From a virus (lineage: Duplodnaviria > Caudoviricetes), in IMG/VR virus record IMGVR_UViG_3300028591_000106, positions 32,001 through 96,000 of that record: 64,000 nt of DNA. One strand, given 5' to 3'. Under the pieces are notes generated by a model. The model did not search any database and was not told the DNA's origin. It worked only from the letters and a program-made list of their open reading frames with translations. Shown piece by piece: positions 48,358 to 60,016 of this stretch (positions are counted from its first letter, which is position 1; every line of letters starts with the position of its first letter). A program made the position numbers and the translations under genes.

Positions 48358-49494
48358 TTAATTAGCAATTTGATCGTATAGACAATCCTCGGCTCTCTTG
48401 TCATCTCTCCAAGTCTTGATAATACCGTGGCGAAGACTGAAGCCACCATCAATATGCTCGGTCATCATTCCACTAAGCTCAGCGACCTTACCCTTCCACT
48501 TCTCAGGCTCAGTAACGATACCTTCTCGAAGAGCTTCTGTAATTCCCTGCATCCATGCGATTTTAACCGGAACGCCATCTTTTAAAACGGAGAAAGATAC
48601 AGAACCTGCCCATCCATAGAAGTAATATTTTGTAACAGGTTCAACAGGAACTCCATTGATATAGTCCTTAAACTGACTTGTGGAGTACTTCTGACCAGTC
48701 TTTGTATTCTCCCAGTAAGGCCATGTCGCAAGCAGCTCAGGAGTCTTAGCTGAATGAACTCTTGTTGCGGGCGCATAATCGCCATCAAGAAAAGCGTCGA
48801 TCGTTTCTTCGAGCTCTCTCTTCATTTTAAGAGTCATCCAAGCTGTGCGCTTGCCGGGAAGATATTTGCAATCCTTACGAGTGATAACGATTCCTTCTCC
48901 GCCGGCGGCAATAACAGAGCCGAAAAGATCCCAAAGTTCAGGACCTTCAAGATACTCTGCGATTGAAGTATGTTCATTCTTAAGAACATCAAGCAGCTCA
49001 TAGTTAAGATACTTTTCAATTCTTTCCTCGAACTTAATATCAATCAGAGACTTTCCCTTATATGCAAGAACATCAAAAACATAAAAATGAAGCCATCCGT
49101 TAGTCTTCTGTCGTTCGATGCACTTGTCTTTCAGACAGCCAAGAACAGAAGTAACTTTACGGCTGCCCTCATTGTTCGGGAAGTAGATTTCTCCTACCAA
49201 AACAGTGCCATTTGGTACACAAGAAAGCTCTTCACAAATATGAGGAATCCATTCTGCCTTATCAGCAAATTCACCACTAACACCTGCATCACGACTTCTA
49301 AGATGAATTTGTCCATCCATGTCTTTAATAATCATGCTCCAGAAGCCATCCATTTTGCGGCTTCCAAGATAGTTATGAGATGTAGCAAGTTCTTTTGCTT
49401 TTGCGGTTCGATTACCTTTAAAACTTGAAGTAAAGCTATAATATTTCATAGCTTTCATATTCCAAAAATCATAGTTATCAATCAAAATCTCCAT
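48358..49494 (-). CDS. ATP-dependent DNA ligase
   Basis: RKMDG (motif I), LVGEIY, VFDVL, EGIVI, LKMK, WRDDK; no TAG. Confidence 0.9.
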   Translation of the reverse strand: MEILIDNYDFWNMKAMKYYSFTSSFKGNRTAKAKELATSHNYLGSRKMDGFWSMIIKDMDGQIHLRSRDAGVSGEFADKAEWIPHICEELSCVPNGTVLVGEIYFPNNEGSRKVTSVLGCLKDKCIERQKTNGWLHFYVFDVLAYKGKSLIDIKFEERIEKYLNYELLDVLKNEHTSIAEYLEGPELWDLFGSVIAAGGEGIVITRKDCKYLPGKRTAWMTLKMKRELEETIDAFLDGDYAPATRVHSAKTPELLATWPYWENTKTGQKYSTSQFKDYINGVPVEPVTKYYFYGWAGSVSFSVLKDGVPVKIAWMQGITEALREGIVTEPEKWKGKVAELSGMMTEHIDGGFSLRHGIIKTWRDDKRAEDCLYDQIAN

Positions 49495-49522
49495 TGTTTT
49501 CCTCCTTTATTTTTCTAATTAT

Positions 49523-49551
49523 ATTATATCACAATTTTCCCATAAAGTAAA
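49523..49551 (-). promoter_or_regulatory. sigmaA-type promoter for the ligase
   Basis: TTTACT-17-TATAAT with TG extension. Confidence 0.65.
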
Positions 49552-50278
49552 GTTTTCCGTTTTTCAAATTTTTGAGTTCCTTAATATCAATAAGAGGATT
49601 ATCATCTACAATAAAAATAGGATTGGTTTTAGATTTTGTTAAAGCCCAACGATAAAATCTAAATTTATCAAATTTTCCAGACCATTGGAAATTTTTATTT
49701 GAATTGATATGTGCGATAATTATAGCGCGAGGCGGCACATCGACATAGGCATAGTCACCAACTCTAAAGTTAATATATGGATAGTTTGTTGTATTATACT
49801 GATTCATGTGATCTAATCTGGCTTCATGATAATAATCTCTCTTTCCAAGAGGAGCCATACCTTGAGAAAATCCTCCATGACCAAAACTACCATACCATTC
49901 CATTTCTCCAATTATATATGGTTGAATAAGATTATTTTTATTGGCATAATCAATATAATCTTTAAGAGTTCTTTTCGGACCTTTTTGCTGATGCAGAATT
50001 TTATAATCATGATAACATTCATCCCATCGTTCTTTAGATAGCTCTCGCACATCTTTGAACGCATAATTCCCAATAACAGAATGGTGCAGGGCAATAAGTG
50101 TAGGAGAAATATCATATCCCCAAAGTGTTTTACATTCTATTTTGTCAAGAATATTTGCTCCGCCAACCGTTAAATCAAAACATTCGGTATTGTCTAGGCC
50201 ATCATGTTTTTTAATGTATTCATTAATTACTTCTGCGACGATCTTGCAATCATCTTGATTCGTTCCCATATAAAGCAT
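49529..50278 (-). CDS. Dam-like adenine methyltransferase homologue lacking DPPY
   Basis: YMG, FDLTVGGANILDKI, GYDISPTLIALH, GDY; the expected YCDPPY position reads IIAHINS. Confidence 0.65.
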   Translation of the reverse strand: MLYMGTNQDDCKIVAEVINEYIKKHDGLDNTECFDLTVGGANILDKIECKTLWGYDISPTLIALHHSVIGNYAFKDVRELSKERWDECYHDYKILHQQKGPKRTLKDYIDYANKNNLIQPYIIGEMEWYGSFGHGGFSQGMAPLGKRDYYHEARLDHMNQYNTTNYPYINFRVGDYAYVDVPPRAIIIAHINSNKNFQWSGKFDKFRFYRWALTKSKTNPIFIVDDNPLIDIKELKNLKNGKLYFMGKL

Positions 50279-50793
50279 TAGTTTTCTTCCTCTCCAATCC
50301 AAGTCTCAACAAATAACTTAGCCTCTTGATTGAGTTCGTCAAGTCCTCGACTATTATCTATCGTAATATCATATTGATAATTTCTTACATTATCATCTGC
50401 ATGATTACCATAGGTAATTGATTCACCACGCTGTACTAAAATTGTAATAGCATTGTAGTCTTTAACAAATCGTGCTATTTCCTCTGGCTCGCGGCAATCA
50501 ATAAAAACAGCATCAATTTGTCCGATAAAGTTAAAAGCTTCAAGTGTTTCTTTAATATTCTAATACGGAACATCCTTCCATCGAGTTAAAGCATCTTTCA
50601 AATCAGAAAGAAATCTTCTGTCGTTTAATGACTTGCCGCCGTCCCAGCCGAAATGTCTAGCCATTCCCTTTACATAATCAATAGTAGATACAATCCTTAT
50701 ATCGTATCCTTCCTATTCAGCAATAGTTTCAACCATTTTTTCAAAAGTGGTTTTTCCTGAACCGCCTGTTCCATTTACAATAAAAATCTTCAT
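50278..50793 (-). CDS. Deoxynucleoside monophosphate kinase-like P-loop protein
   Basis: IVNGTGGSGKTTF, GWDGGK..DRRFLSDLK, FIDCREPEEI, NHAD; two TAGs; missed by the ORF track. Confidence 0.8.
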
Positions 50794-51653
50794 TCGCTAT
50801 CCTCCATAAATTCCTCATAATTATAAGTATATAAGGGATGATAAATTGTATTTTCTCCAATTATAATATTGTAGTCATTTGGAGCATGATAACGGTGCAT
50901 ATAAGGATTTAAATTTGTTTTAGTCCATTCAGCGGCTTCTTCTGAATCTACTTGATAAAGGAAGATTGCAGGACTGTCTTCTTCAATATCTTTCTTAAGA
51001 ATAAAGTCATAACACTTAAAATCTTTTTCAGTGCCTGAAAGTTTAAAAAGTATTACTTCTTTAGGGATATAACCTATTTCTACAAAATCTGTAGTATTTC
51101 CAAGAGGATACTGATAAAATTTATAAATAGGTTCTTCAGTATCTACTTGACGATAATGCTCTTTTTCTTTTTTACAATAAAAATTAAATAATTGATTGAT
51201 TTGTGATGGAGTAAATCTTTCAACTGGATTTACTATTGATAAATGCTTAGATTCTTCAGGGATGGGAGTTACATTATAAATAGGATGAAATCCCCTAATA
51301 TATATGCCTTTTTTCATTTTCTTTAATTTCTTTTTACCAATTGGAGTAGCATCGGAATAAACCTTCTTTTGGTCATTAGATTCAGGCATATATGAGAACA
51401 TTTCTGGCTTTACTGTTGTTAATGGAGACAAACTTAAAATAAGTTTATATGCAAGATAATCATATGTCTCATTTTCAATTTCAAATATAATTGGATACTT
51501 CATTTTAATAAGGTGTCCATAATTTCTTAAAAAGTTATTGATAAAATTTAAGATAGCTACATCAGTATCTTTAATAGGATCTTCCATATGAGGACCGTCA
51601 AATCTATAACGATTTATAATCTCAAGATAGTTTCTGATAAGATTTGCTGTCAT
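50790..51653 (-). CDS. Hypothetical protein (287 aa)
   Basis: Long TAG-free ORF with SD; first gene of the minus block. Confidence 0.7.
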   Translation of the reverse strand: MTANLIRNYLEIINRYRFDGPHMEDPIKDTDVAILNFINNFLRNYGHLIKMKYPIIFEIENETYDYLAYKLILSLSPLTTVKPEMFSYMPESNDQKKVYSDATPIGKKKLKKMKKGIYIRGFHPIYNVTPIPEESKHLSIVNPVERFTPSQINQLFNFYCKKEKEHYRQVDTEEPIYKFYQYPLGNTTDFVEIGYIPKEVILFKLSGTEKDFKCYDFILKKDIEEDSPAIFLYQVDSEEAAEWTKTNLNPYMHRYHAPNDYNIIIGENTIYHPLYTYNYEEFMEDSE

Positions 51654-51687
51654 TAAAATCCCTCCATTTTCAAAATTTTCTATTTTT

Positions 51688-51716
51688 AGTATAACATAGA
51701 AAAGTCAGAAAGTCAA
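51688..51716 (-). promoter_or_regulatory. sigmaA-type promoter in the divergent region
   Basis: TTGACT-17-TATACT with TG extension. Confidence 0.75.
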
Positions 51717-51746
51717 TTTTTTGATAATGAATAAGGAGTGAAAATA

Positions 51747-52001
51747 ATGAATTTTCAATATAAATTAAATAAGCATTTACTTGGTAGAAACGCGGCGTAG
51801 TTGGTTTTTGAAATCAACTCATTGCATAGCGGCGTGTCTATATATAGAAAAGATGCCACTACTTGTATTAACGCGAAGTCTCTGGTGGGAGTTCTTTCAG
51901 GTTATTACAAGATTGGAGACATTATTACAGTATATGTTGATAATGTTGAGGATTTGAGCAGAGTAAAGGAAATATTAAATGAATATGGAACTGAAGTGTG
52001 A
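51747..52001 (+). CDS. HPr/Crh-like protein
   Basis: 84 aa; INAKSLVGVLS (Ser46 motif), GDIITVYVD; His15 region reads LLGRNAA(Q)LV. Confidence 0.75.
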
Positions 52002-52022
52002 GTTCTATTAGGAGGCGAAATA

Positions 52023-52307
52023 ATGGATTATCGTATGTATTCTGGGGGAGCCCCAGCAGGCAAAAATGTAATTCCATTAATCAAGGAGTCTTTAAAAGCA
52101 CAGGGAATTAAAGTAGATGGTCCCCTTAAAATGGTTGCATTTGAAGGCTCTAGTGGAACGAAATTTAAGCTCAATTAGCATGAAGAAGAGACCGCTATCC
52201 CTTCAACAGGAAGATTTGTAACCCCTTACGCAGGAGACCGTTTTATGCCAGTTTACAATCTCATCTTCACTGAAGCATTTAGCGGCGACATTTACTACAT
52301 TATTTAA
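52023..52307 (+). CDS. Hypothetical protein (94 aa)
   Basis: SD AGGAGG, one TAG, ends TAA. Confidence 0.65.
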
Positions 52308-52320
52308 GAGGTGAGATTAA

Positions 52321-54843
52321 ATGGAAGGATTCTTTAATCCGTTCGTCGGCGGAGCTGGCGGTGGCGGCGGCGGTGGAGTCGGACCACAAGGCCCCAAGGG
52401 CGATAAAGGTGATAAAGGTGATAAAGGTGATAAAGGTGATACTGGTAATGGTATTGCTTCTATCGTTCGTACAGGTAGCGAGGGCAATCTCGATTCCTAT
52501 GTAATTAATTTTACTAACGGCAGTACATTTTCTTTCACCGTAACTAATGGTTTAGATGGAGCGACTGGTGCGACAGGACCAAAAGGTGACAAGGGTGATA
52601 AGGGAGACACTGGTGAACAAGGCCCTAAAGGAGATACCGGTGAACAAGGTATCCAAGGTATCTAGGGAGAACAGGGTGTCCCAGGTGTAAATGGAAGCAA
52701 CGGTGCCGATGGTGTCGATGGTGTTTCAGTTACTGGAGCCTCTATTGATGCTCAAGGACACTTAATCTTAACTCTTAGTAGGGGCGCGGCAATTGATGCC
52801 GGTCTTGCAAAGGGTGAAGATGGTACTTCTATTACTATTTTAGGTAGCTTTAATGATTCTTCTAGTCTTCCTTCTTCAGGAAATACTAAAGGAGATTGCT
52901 ACTTAATTGATGGAGACCTTTGGGTTTATACCAATAGTTCAAAAACTGGATCTGTTAATGGATTTGAAAATGTTGGTCGTATTCAAGGTCCTGCCGGTAG
53001 AGGTATTTCTGCAGTTGCAATTAGAGATGGAAATCTCTATGTTACTTTTACTGATGACTTAGCAAATCCAGTTTACATCGGTCCAGTAAAAGGAGAAAAA
53101 GGTGACACTGGTGAGACCGGTCCACAAGGTATTCAAGGTATTCAAGGTATTCAGGGTGAGCAAGGTCCTCAAGGAGAGTAGGGTATTCAGGGTATTAAGG
53201 GTGATACTGGTGTTGGTATTACTTCAATTACAAAAACTTCTACCTCTGGATTGACTGATACTTATACTATTACCTATAGTGACAATACATCAACTACCTT
53301 TACAGTAACTAATGGTGCCAAGGGTAATGCTGGTGAGCAGGGCGAAACAGGTAATGGAATTGTTTCTATCTTGAAAACGGGAACATCTGAACTCGTTGAC
53401 ACCTATACAATTACCTATACGAATGGTGGCACAGATACTTTTACAGTAACTAATGGAGCTAATGGAGCTAATGGAGCTAATGGCGCTGATGGTGCAAAAG
53501 GCGATAAAGGTGATAAGGGTGACAAGGGTGATACTGGTAATGGTATTGCTTCTATTACTAAAACTGGAACCTCTGGACTTGTTGATACTTATACTATTAC
53601 TTATACAGATAATACTACAAAAACATTTACAGTTAAGAACGGTGTTTCTGTTACTGCTGCTTCTATTGTAAATGACGAACTTATCTTAACTCTTAGCGAA
53701 GGAAATCCAATTAATGTAGGAAAAGTAATTTTGAGAAGCACTCAAATTTCTTTTGTATTAAGTTCATCTAATTGGACTCGTCTTTAGGATGGATCTTATC
53801 AATATGTTTATAGCAATAATAATATTAAAGCAGACAGTTTTGTTGATGTCGGTCCAGCTCTTGGTATCACTTAGGACCAGCTCAATGCTTTGCTTGGTAC
53901 TAAATTAACCGTTGCTAGCCTTGCTAATGGCAGCATAACTCTTGTTGCTTACGGCGAAGCTCCAAATATTGATATTCCTATGCTTCTTGTTATTGAAGGT
54001 AGTTATCAGGAAGTTACTCCTGTTATCACTGTTGATGATACTTTAAGCAAAGTTTCTACCAATCCAATTCAAAACTAGGCAGTAGCTAATAAGTTTGAAG
54101 AGCAAGACAATAAAATTGATTCTCTTATGGAGACAAAAAGCAACAATTTACTTACTTTCAATACTGTTACTGCAGGTTCAGGTTATACAGCAATAAAGCG
54201 TTCAGATGGTTCACTTGCTATTTCTGCAGACGGTACTTAGAGAGGTAGCACTGGAACTGTTACACTTACAAGTGACACAGTTTTGCCGCCTGGAGACTAT
54301 GTATTCTCAGGTTGTAAAGGAGGCTCTTCTTCTACATACTATATGAATCTTCGTAAAAAGGGTGGCGCTGTTATTGCTGTTAGTTTTGACGATCCTACGC
54401 CTTTTACCTTGGCTGAATCTACTGAAGTTTCTTTGGAAGTTGTCGCTGTTGGTGGCGTGACTATGACAGATAGATTATTCTATCCGATGATTGTTAGCGC
54501 GCTAGTTGATAATCCAACCTTTGATCGAGAAGATGCTGCAAGCCATCCTATCGTAGTAGTAGGTCATGATAAAGTAGATGTTGTTTTTGGTCGTAAGGAT
54601 TATTATTTAGTTTAGGTTACTGTATTGAGTAGAAATACTCCTGGCTAGGTCATTAAATTCGCTTATTATTGGGTAGAAAGAAACAGTGGAGTAGATCGTG
54701 CTACAGTAATTTTTGACACTACAAGTGGACCAGAAGGGGCTCCAACATTCAGCAAATATTATGATGAAAATGGCACTCCTTGCGTTAGAATTTCAGATAC
54801 TTATAATAACAGAGATATTGTTGCAACTGTTATCGGATATTAA
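52321..54843 (+). CDS. Collagen-like tail fibre / virion appendage protein (840 aa)
   Basis: Gly-X-Y runs interleaved with repeated GNGIASITKTGTSGLVDTYTITYT modules; TVDDTLSKVSTNPIQN motif; fragments joined by TAG. Confidence 0.85.
52400..52440 (+). repeat. 9-bp tandem repeat (GATAAAGGT)n encoding GDK collagen triplets
   Basis: Seen directly; similar arrays near 53125-53155 (CAAGGTATT), 53452-53487 (AATGGAGCT) and 53500-53535. Confidence 0.85.
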
Positions 54844-54855
54844 GGAGGGGAGTGA

Positions 54856-55509
54856 ATGGGAGCAATTTTACACTTGCCGCAGGGCGGCGCTCAGATTGTT
54901 GTTGTTTCTGAAATCCCTGAAGTTCCTATTCCTGGCGAAGATGCAACAACTCAAGAAATTCTAACAACACTTGGAACTTATACTCATGTTGTTGCTCCAG
55001 ACGGAACTTATAGAACAATCGAAGATATATGGGCAGATTATGAGAGTTGGGAGACAACTGCAGGTAACGGAGATATGGTACTAATTAATGATCAAAAGCA
55101 TAATGGATTGAATTTCCAGCCTCAATCTAGTTAGCATCCATATACAGTCAGCTTTATGTATATCGACCGCGTTATGAATTTTGCTTCAAAAAGAGTCATT
55201 GGGCAAGCAAGAATTAGTGAAGGAAGCTGGGGTAATACTGTTGTTAAAATTCATATTATCCCTTATTCTATTACTTCAACTGTTGATAGTGATATAACTA
55301 AAGTTAAGAATTATCTTGATGGTGGAGCGGCAAACGGTATTGTTACTTTAAGTTTTAGACACAATGGCTATGGTCCTGCTAATGATGATGTTGGAATTAT
55401 GCTTGGCGAGCTTGCTTCTGCAGGTCGTTATAAGATCGCGATTTCAATGGAATCTGACCAAACGAATGTTTGTCCTTCAATTTACGAATTAAATTTCCGT
55501 ACTTATTAA
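54856..55509 (+). CDS. Hypothetical virion-associated protein (217 aa)
   Basis: Two track ORFs in frame across TAG 55132. Confidence 0.65.
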
Positions 55510-55513
55510 AGTC

Positions 55514-55542
55514 TTGACTTTTCTCGCAAAGTATGGTATATT
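55514..55542 (+). promoter_or_regulatory. sigmaA-type promoter
   Basis: TTGACT-17-TATATT with TGG extension. Confidence 0.65.
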
Positions 55543-55563
55543 TATTATAATGGGGTGAAAGAA

Positions 55564-55896
55564 ATGCAAAATATTAATGTCCCAGTAAGAAAAAAGAAGA
55601 AGAGCATTGAAGAATTTTCCAAGTTACTTCTTCGTATGATTGTAGGGCTTACTATGGTTATTACTTTCTTTTGTATTTTCTTTTGCTTTAAATTTGAAAC
55701 AACCGAGCCTTTAACTTATCTCGTGCCGTCAGTTTTCACAGAGCTGGCGGCCGGGACTGGCTTTTATTATTGGAAAGCTAAGTCTGAAAATAAGATTAAG
55801 ATTACACTCGGTGCTATTGATGATTTAAGGCAGAAAGAAGACTTAACAGAGAATGAAGTAAGAATTATGGAAGCTCTAATAAATAGTTTGGGGTGA
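55564..55896 (+). CDS. Two-TM membrane protein (holin-like)
   Basis: Basic N-terminus, two hydrophobic helices, FYYWKAKSENKIK motif. Confidence 0.65.
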   Translation: MQNINVPVRKKKKSIEEFSKLLLRMIVGLTMVITFFCIFFCFKFETTEPLTYLVPSVFTELAAGTGFYYWKAKSENKIKITLGAIDDLRQKEDLTENEVRIMEALINSLG

Positions 55897-55900
55897 GAGA

Positions 55901-56161
55901 ATGAAGAAAAATATTCCTGCAACCCCACAATATTTGGACTTTCTTAAAGAAGCTGAAAGTATTGATGATTTAGGAATATGGCTAGGCGGCGCAACGGTCA
56001 CTGGTACTTATGAGTTTAAAGTTGGTGAAGATGAACCTGTTCTTTTAACAGGTGAAGATACTACCAATTTTGTAGCTCCTGACCTTGCAGCGGCAGAAAA
56101 CGAGAAATTTAAGTTTCTTCGTACTAGCGATCATAAATTTTTATGTTAGAAGGAGGAATGA
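55901..56161 (+). CDS. Hypothetical protein
   Basis: TAG at 56147 read through to TGA 56159-56161. Confidence 0.6.
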
Positions 56162-56163
56162 TA

Positions 56164-59100
56164 ATGGCAGAACCAAGAGAATTTTATTTTCCTCTCCAAG
56201 ATAAAGCTGCTGATATTGATAGAGTTCTCCATGATTTAGTTGGAATTACAGATGCCGAAAATAGCATTGGTATGTATGTAAAAGTTATTGAACAAGAAGG
56301 AAAACCTCATTTCTGGTTTGGAGAGGGCGGCGAGAAATAGAAACCTATTGAAGTTGATAGTAGAGAGGTTCCAGTTGGAGACGGATAGGAATGGGTTGAG
56401 CCATCTGAATGGTATGCATAGGTTGGATTAAGCGAATATCGTATTGAAGATCATCCCGGAGTTGGTTATGTCTTAAAAAATGTTAATTCAAAACCTTAGT
56501 GTAAAATATGGGGCGGTTTTAAATAGGATGGCGTAATACATTATTTTACTTAGGAAGAATATGAAGAGTATTTCTTGTCATATAGTAACGCTTAGTATAA
56601 ATATGCTAATATTCGTCCTTTAACGGATGAATAGATAAATGCAATTAAATCTCTTGTTTAGAATCCAGATTTTTTTGATTAGTTTAATATTACTCATTAC
56701 TGTGGACCTGCTAATTTTAATTTTACTACTGCATATAGTGTAAGTGGTGTGGAATATGTAAACTTTCTTGAAGAAGATGGAATATTGAAACTTTAGCTTA
56801 CATCTTTAGCAGTAAATTCAAAATGGGATTCTTCAACTTAGACATATATTTATACTTTAGTTTCAACATTAGAAAGTTTTAATAGCCAAATTTTATTGGA
56901 ATTTTCATCAGATAAAGATCTTGTACTTAATTTTGATTGTGAAACTAAAGTAACTGGTGGTGGTTCTCTTTTAGAGTATATAGATACTGTCACAACAGAG
57001 ATAGAAATTCATAGAGAAGATTTTTATATTGATGAAACCAGATATTTTGGTTCTGAATTTACTTAGAATCCTTATTATGCTTCTTAGCTTGTCTTTGGTA
57101 ATGATCCAAAAGGTAATTTAGGTTTTAATAATAGTTGCAATTTAACTTTAAGAGGAAAGGCAAAAATTATTGGAGATGACTCCTCTTGGGCTCATTTCGC
57201 TCATAATTCAAAGATTGAGCTATACGATAATTCTTCCATTATAGGTAAAGAAAATGGATTGTTGATTATTGGCGGAAATGCATCTGCGTTAATCGGCTAG
57301 AGAGGAATGAGTAGTAACTACAAAGGAAAACGCCATTTAATATCCAAACACTCTTCTGCTCCAAATCTTCTAATTGGAGAATATGCTTGGATTGATGCAG
57401 AAGGAACCGGATATCTAAGTATAAAAGACGATTGCGATTTATTTATGGAAGATCATGCATGGTTTGCAATGTCAGGAGAATCAAGGGTAAGTTTAGATGG
57501 CTATTCTAGACTTCATATGTCAGCCGGCTCACCATATGCTAAAAGAAATCCTTGCAGCAACCAGGTCGTAGCAGATGATCATAGATTCATTTTTTAGAGT
57601 CTTTTTGAACAAGCAGATAATGAACATATAAGAAGTGGAGATATAAGTTCTCCTACGATTTTCGAAGTAGGAAGCCAGTATGATCCTGTAATGAAGCATT
57701 ATCGTTCTTAGGCAGATGTTCCATATATCTCATAGGCACATAAGTATGTTTCAGAATCTGAATATATGTCAACATTTAAGACAGATTTAGATAATAGTAT
57801 TGTTTTCATAAGTGTCTTAAGGGATTATTGGTATAGTGATCTAGATCCATTAAATAATCAGTTACAGGCATTACTTCCTGATTATAGTATTAAAAGGTAT
57901 TATTTATTTAGTGACTAGAATGCTCTTGATAGAGTGTTAAATTTCTTAGATGAAAACCCTTCATATAAAGAGTAGTTAACCGATTTTATTGAAAGATAGC
58001 ATCCTTATTTTACTGAAGAAGAGTTTAATTTATTTGAGAGTTTTTCTTCAAGTCCTTATTTTAATTATTCTTCAGTAAAGTCTTTAAATCCGATAGCAGT
58101 AAAACAAGATCCTTCTTTTGTCAATACCATTAAGTAGCTTAATTCATTTCCATTCTTTGATATTGAATATAAAATGGAAGGATAGTATGTATATACAGCC
58201 TTGTATCTTTTTTCACAAGAGCCGGATAAAAGTGATTTTAACTATATTTTAGATAAAGATATGTTTGATCCTAAATTAGTTCGTTATAACTACGATCATA
58301 AAACTTCTTATTCTCGTTATAGCATGGACAATTATTTTGACAGTGAATAGTATTATTGTGTTGTTACTCCATATGATCCAACAGTTGCAAGTAGCGGTTG
58401 CTATATTCTTCCTTCTCTTGCAGAATAGACGAGAGGAAAACTTATATCTGATGGAGGCTCATTAAATGAAAGAAAAGTAGGTACGACTTTCTTATTTGGT
58501 GGTCCAGATACTACTGCGATAATTGAAGGCTATGGAAAAACAAATATTCGAATAGGTGGAGATCCTTAGTCTTTCATAGGTCTTGATATTACTTCTGGAG
58601 ATAATTCTGTTACTAATTTTAAAATCGGTGCTAATGAATGGGGAGAAGTAAACTATTTCTTGACAGGTAATGATCTATTTATTGAATATAGCGATTAGGC
58701 TCATATTGAAGTTCATGACAACTCTAATTTTATTTTAAGTGGCAGAAAACCAAGTACCGAGAAAGCCCTTAATGACTAGAATCTTGTATTAGGACATCAC
58801 GATGAATTGTGGACTGTTCCCAAAAAGAATAGAAGCAATACAAGTCCTACATTATAGCTATATCATGGTTCAAGTTTTTCCATGTATGGAGTACTTTTAA
58901 ACACAAGTCTAATGACTATTGCTACAGAGATACTGGGATAGATTCAAGTAGATACTATTACACTAGTGAATTTACAAAATTCTCAAAAAGAAGAAAATTA
59001 GAAGTATGTCAAGGGCGCATAGTTCTTATTAAATTATATTGATTATGATAATGAGCCTCACAATCGTACTGAAGATGTAGTTATTATTGATCGAGATACT

Positions 59101-60006
59101 CTTTTCTCTATATTAGATTTATATATGCTATTTAATAAGAATGATCGTGGGAGCAAGCATCTTGAAACTATGGTTAGAGATGTTATTGAATTTACTGAAA
59201 CTCCTTAGGATTATACTAATCCATCTGAATATCTACCTTCAGGAGCACAAACAGCAGTTTTTACAGTGACATAGGCAAGAAAATATAGTGATTATCAATA
59301 TAATTGGATATTTTATTTCAAGGTTCAAAATTGTTTAAGTGGTATTAACGATACTTATAGAATGAACAAAGTTCCTTATAATCCTTTGTGTGAAATTGCT
59401 GATAATTCTGAATTTAGAATGTGGGGCAATACTAAGTTTATGATTAAAGATACTGGTATTACTCTTAAAGATAGCTCTGTAAATGATGATTATACCTTTA
59501 CTGTTAATGAATTATAGTCTGCTATTAATGGCGGCGGAGCTTCTAGTGCAAGTCAAGTTAGTTATGATAATACAACATCTGGTTTAATCGCGACAGATGT
59601 ACAAGGCGCAATTGATGAACTTGCAGCAGGAAGTGGAAGTGGTGGCACTTCTGTTTATAAAGAAGAAGTTCTTTGGGATTCAACCACTTCTACTGACACC
59701 TAGGGTCAATATACTTTATCTAAACCTTTTACAGATTTTGATGCAATTTGTTTCAAAGTTAATTGGAGTAATAGTAATGGTAATTATAGATTTGTAAAAA
59801 TACTACCGGTTTCTATTTTTACAGAAGAAATTGGTACTCTTTCTCGAATTGCAGTAGCAACTGGAGATGTCCAATACCTATATGTTCAAGTGTCTAATGA
59901 TAGTAAATTTGTTAGACAAGATACTGTTAATGGTATGTTAATGAGTAAAATTATTGGTATAAAATATGGTACTTCAGTCGCTTCTCTTAATGGCGTTGGT
60001 TTTTGA
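56164..60006 (+). CDS. Large tail fibre / receptor-binding protein (~1280 aa)
   Basis: Single frame closed only by TAGs in the stretches checked; beta-helix-like segments; ASQVSYDNTTSGLIATDVQGAIDEL fibre motif; almost invisible in the ORF track. Confidence 0.72.
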
Positions 60007-60016
60007 GGTGAGTTAA

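Noticed and set aside
52400-53540. CRISPR array or DGR repeats
   Set aside because: The repeats are in-frame collagen triplets and protein modules, with no unique spacers and no reverse transcriptase seen.
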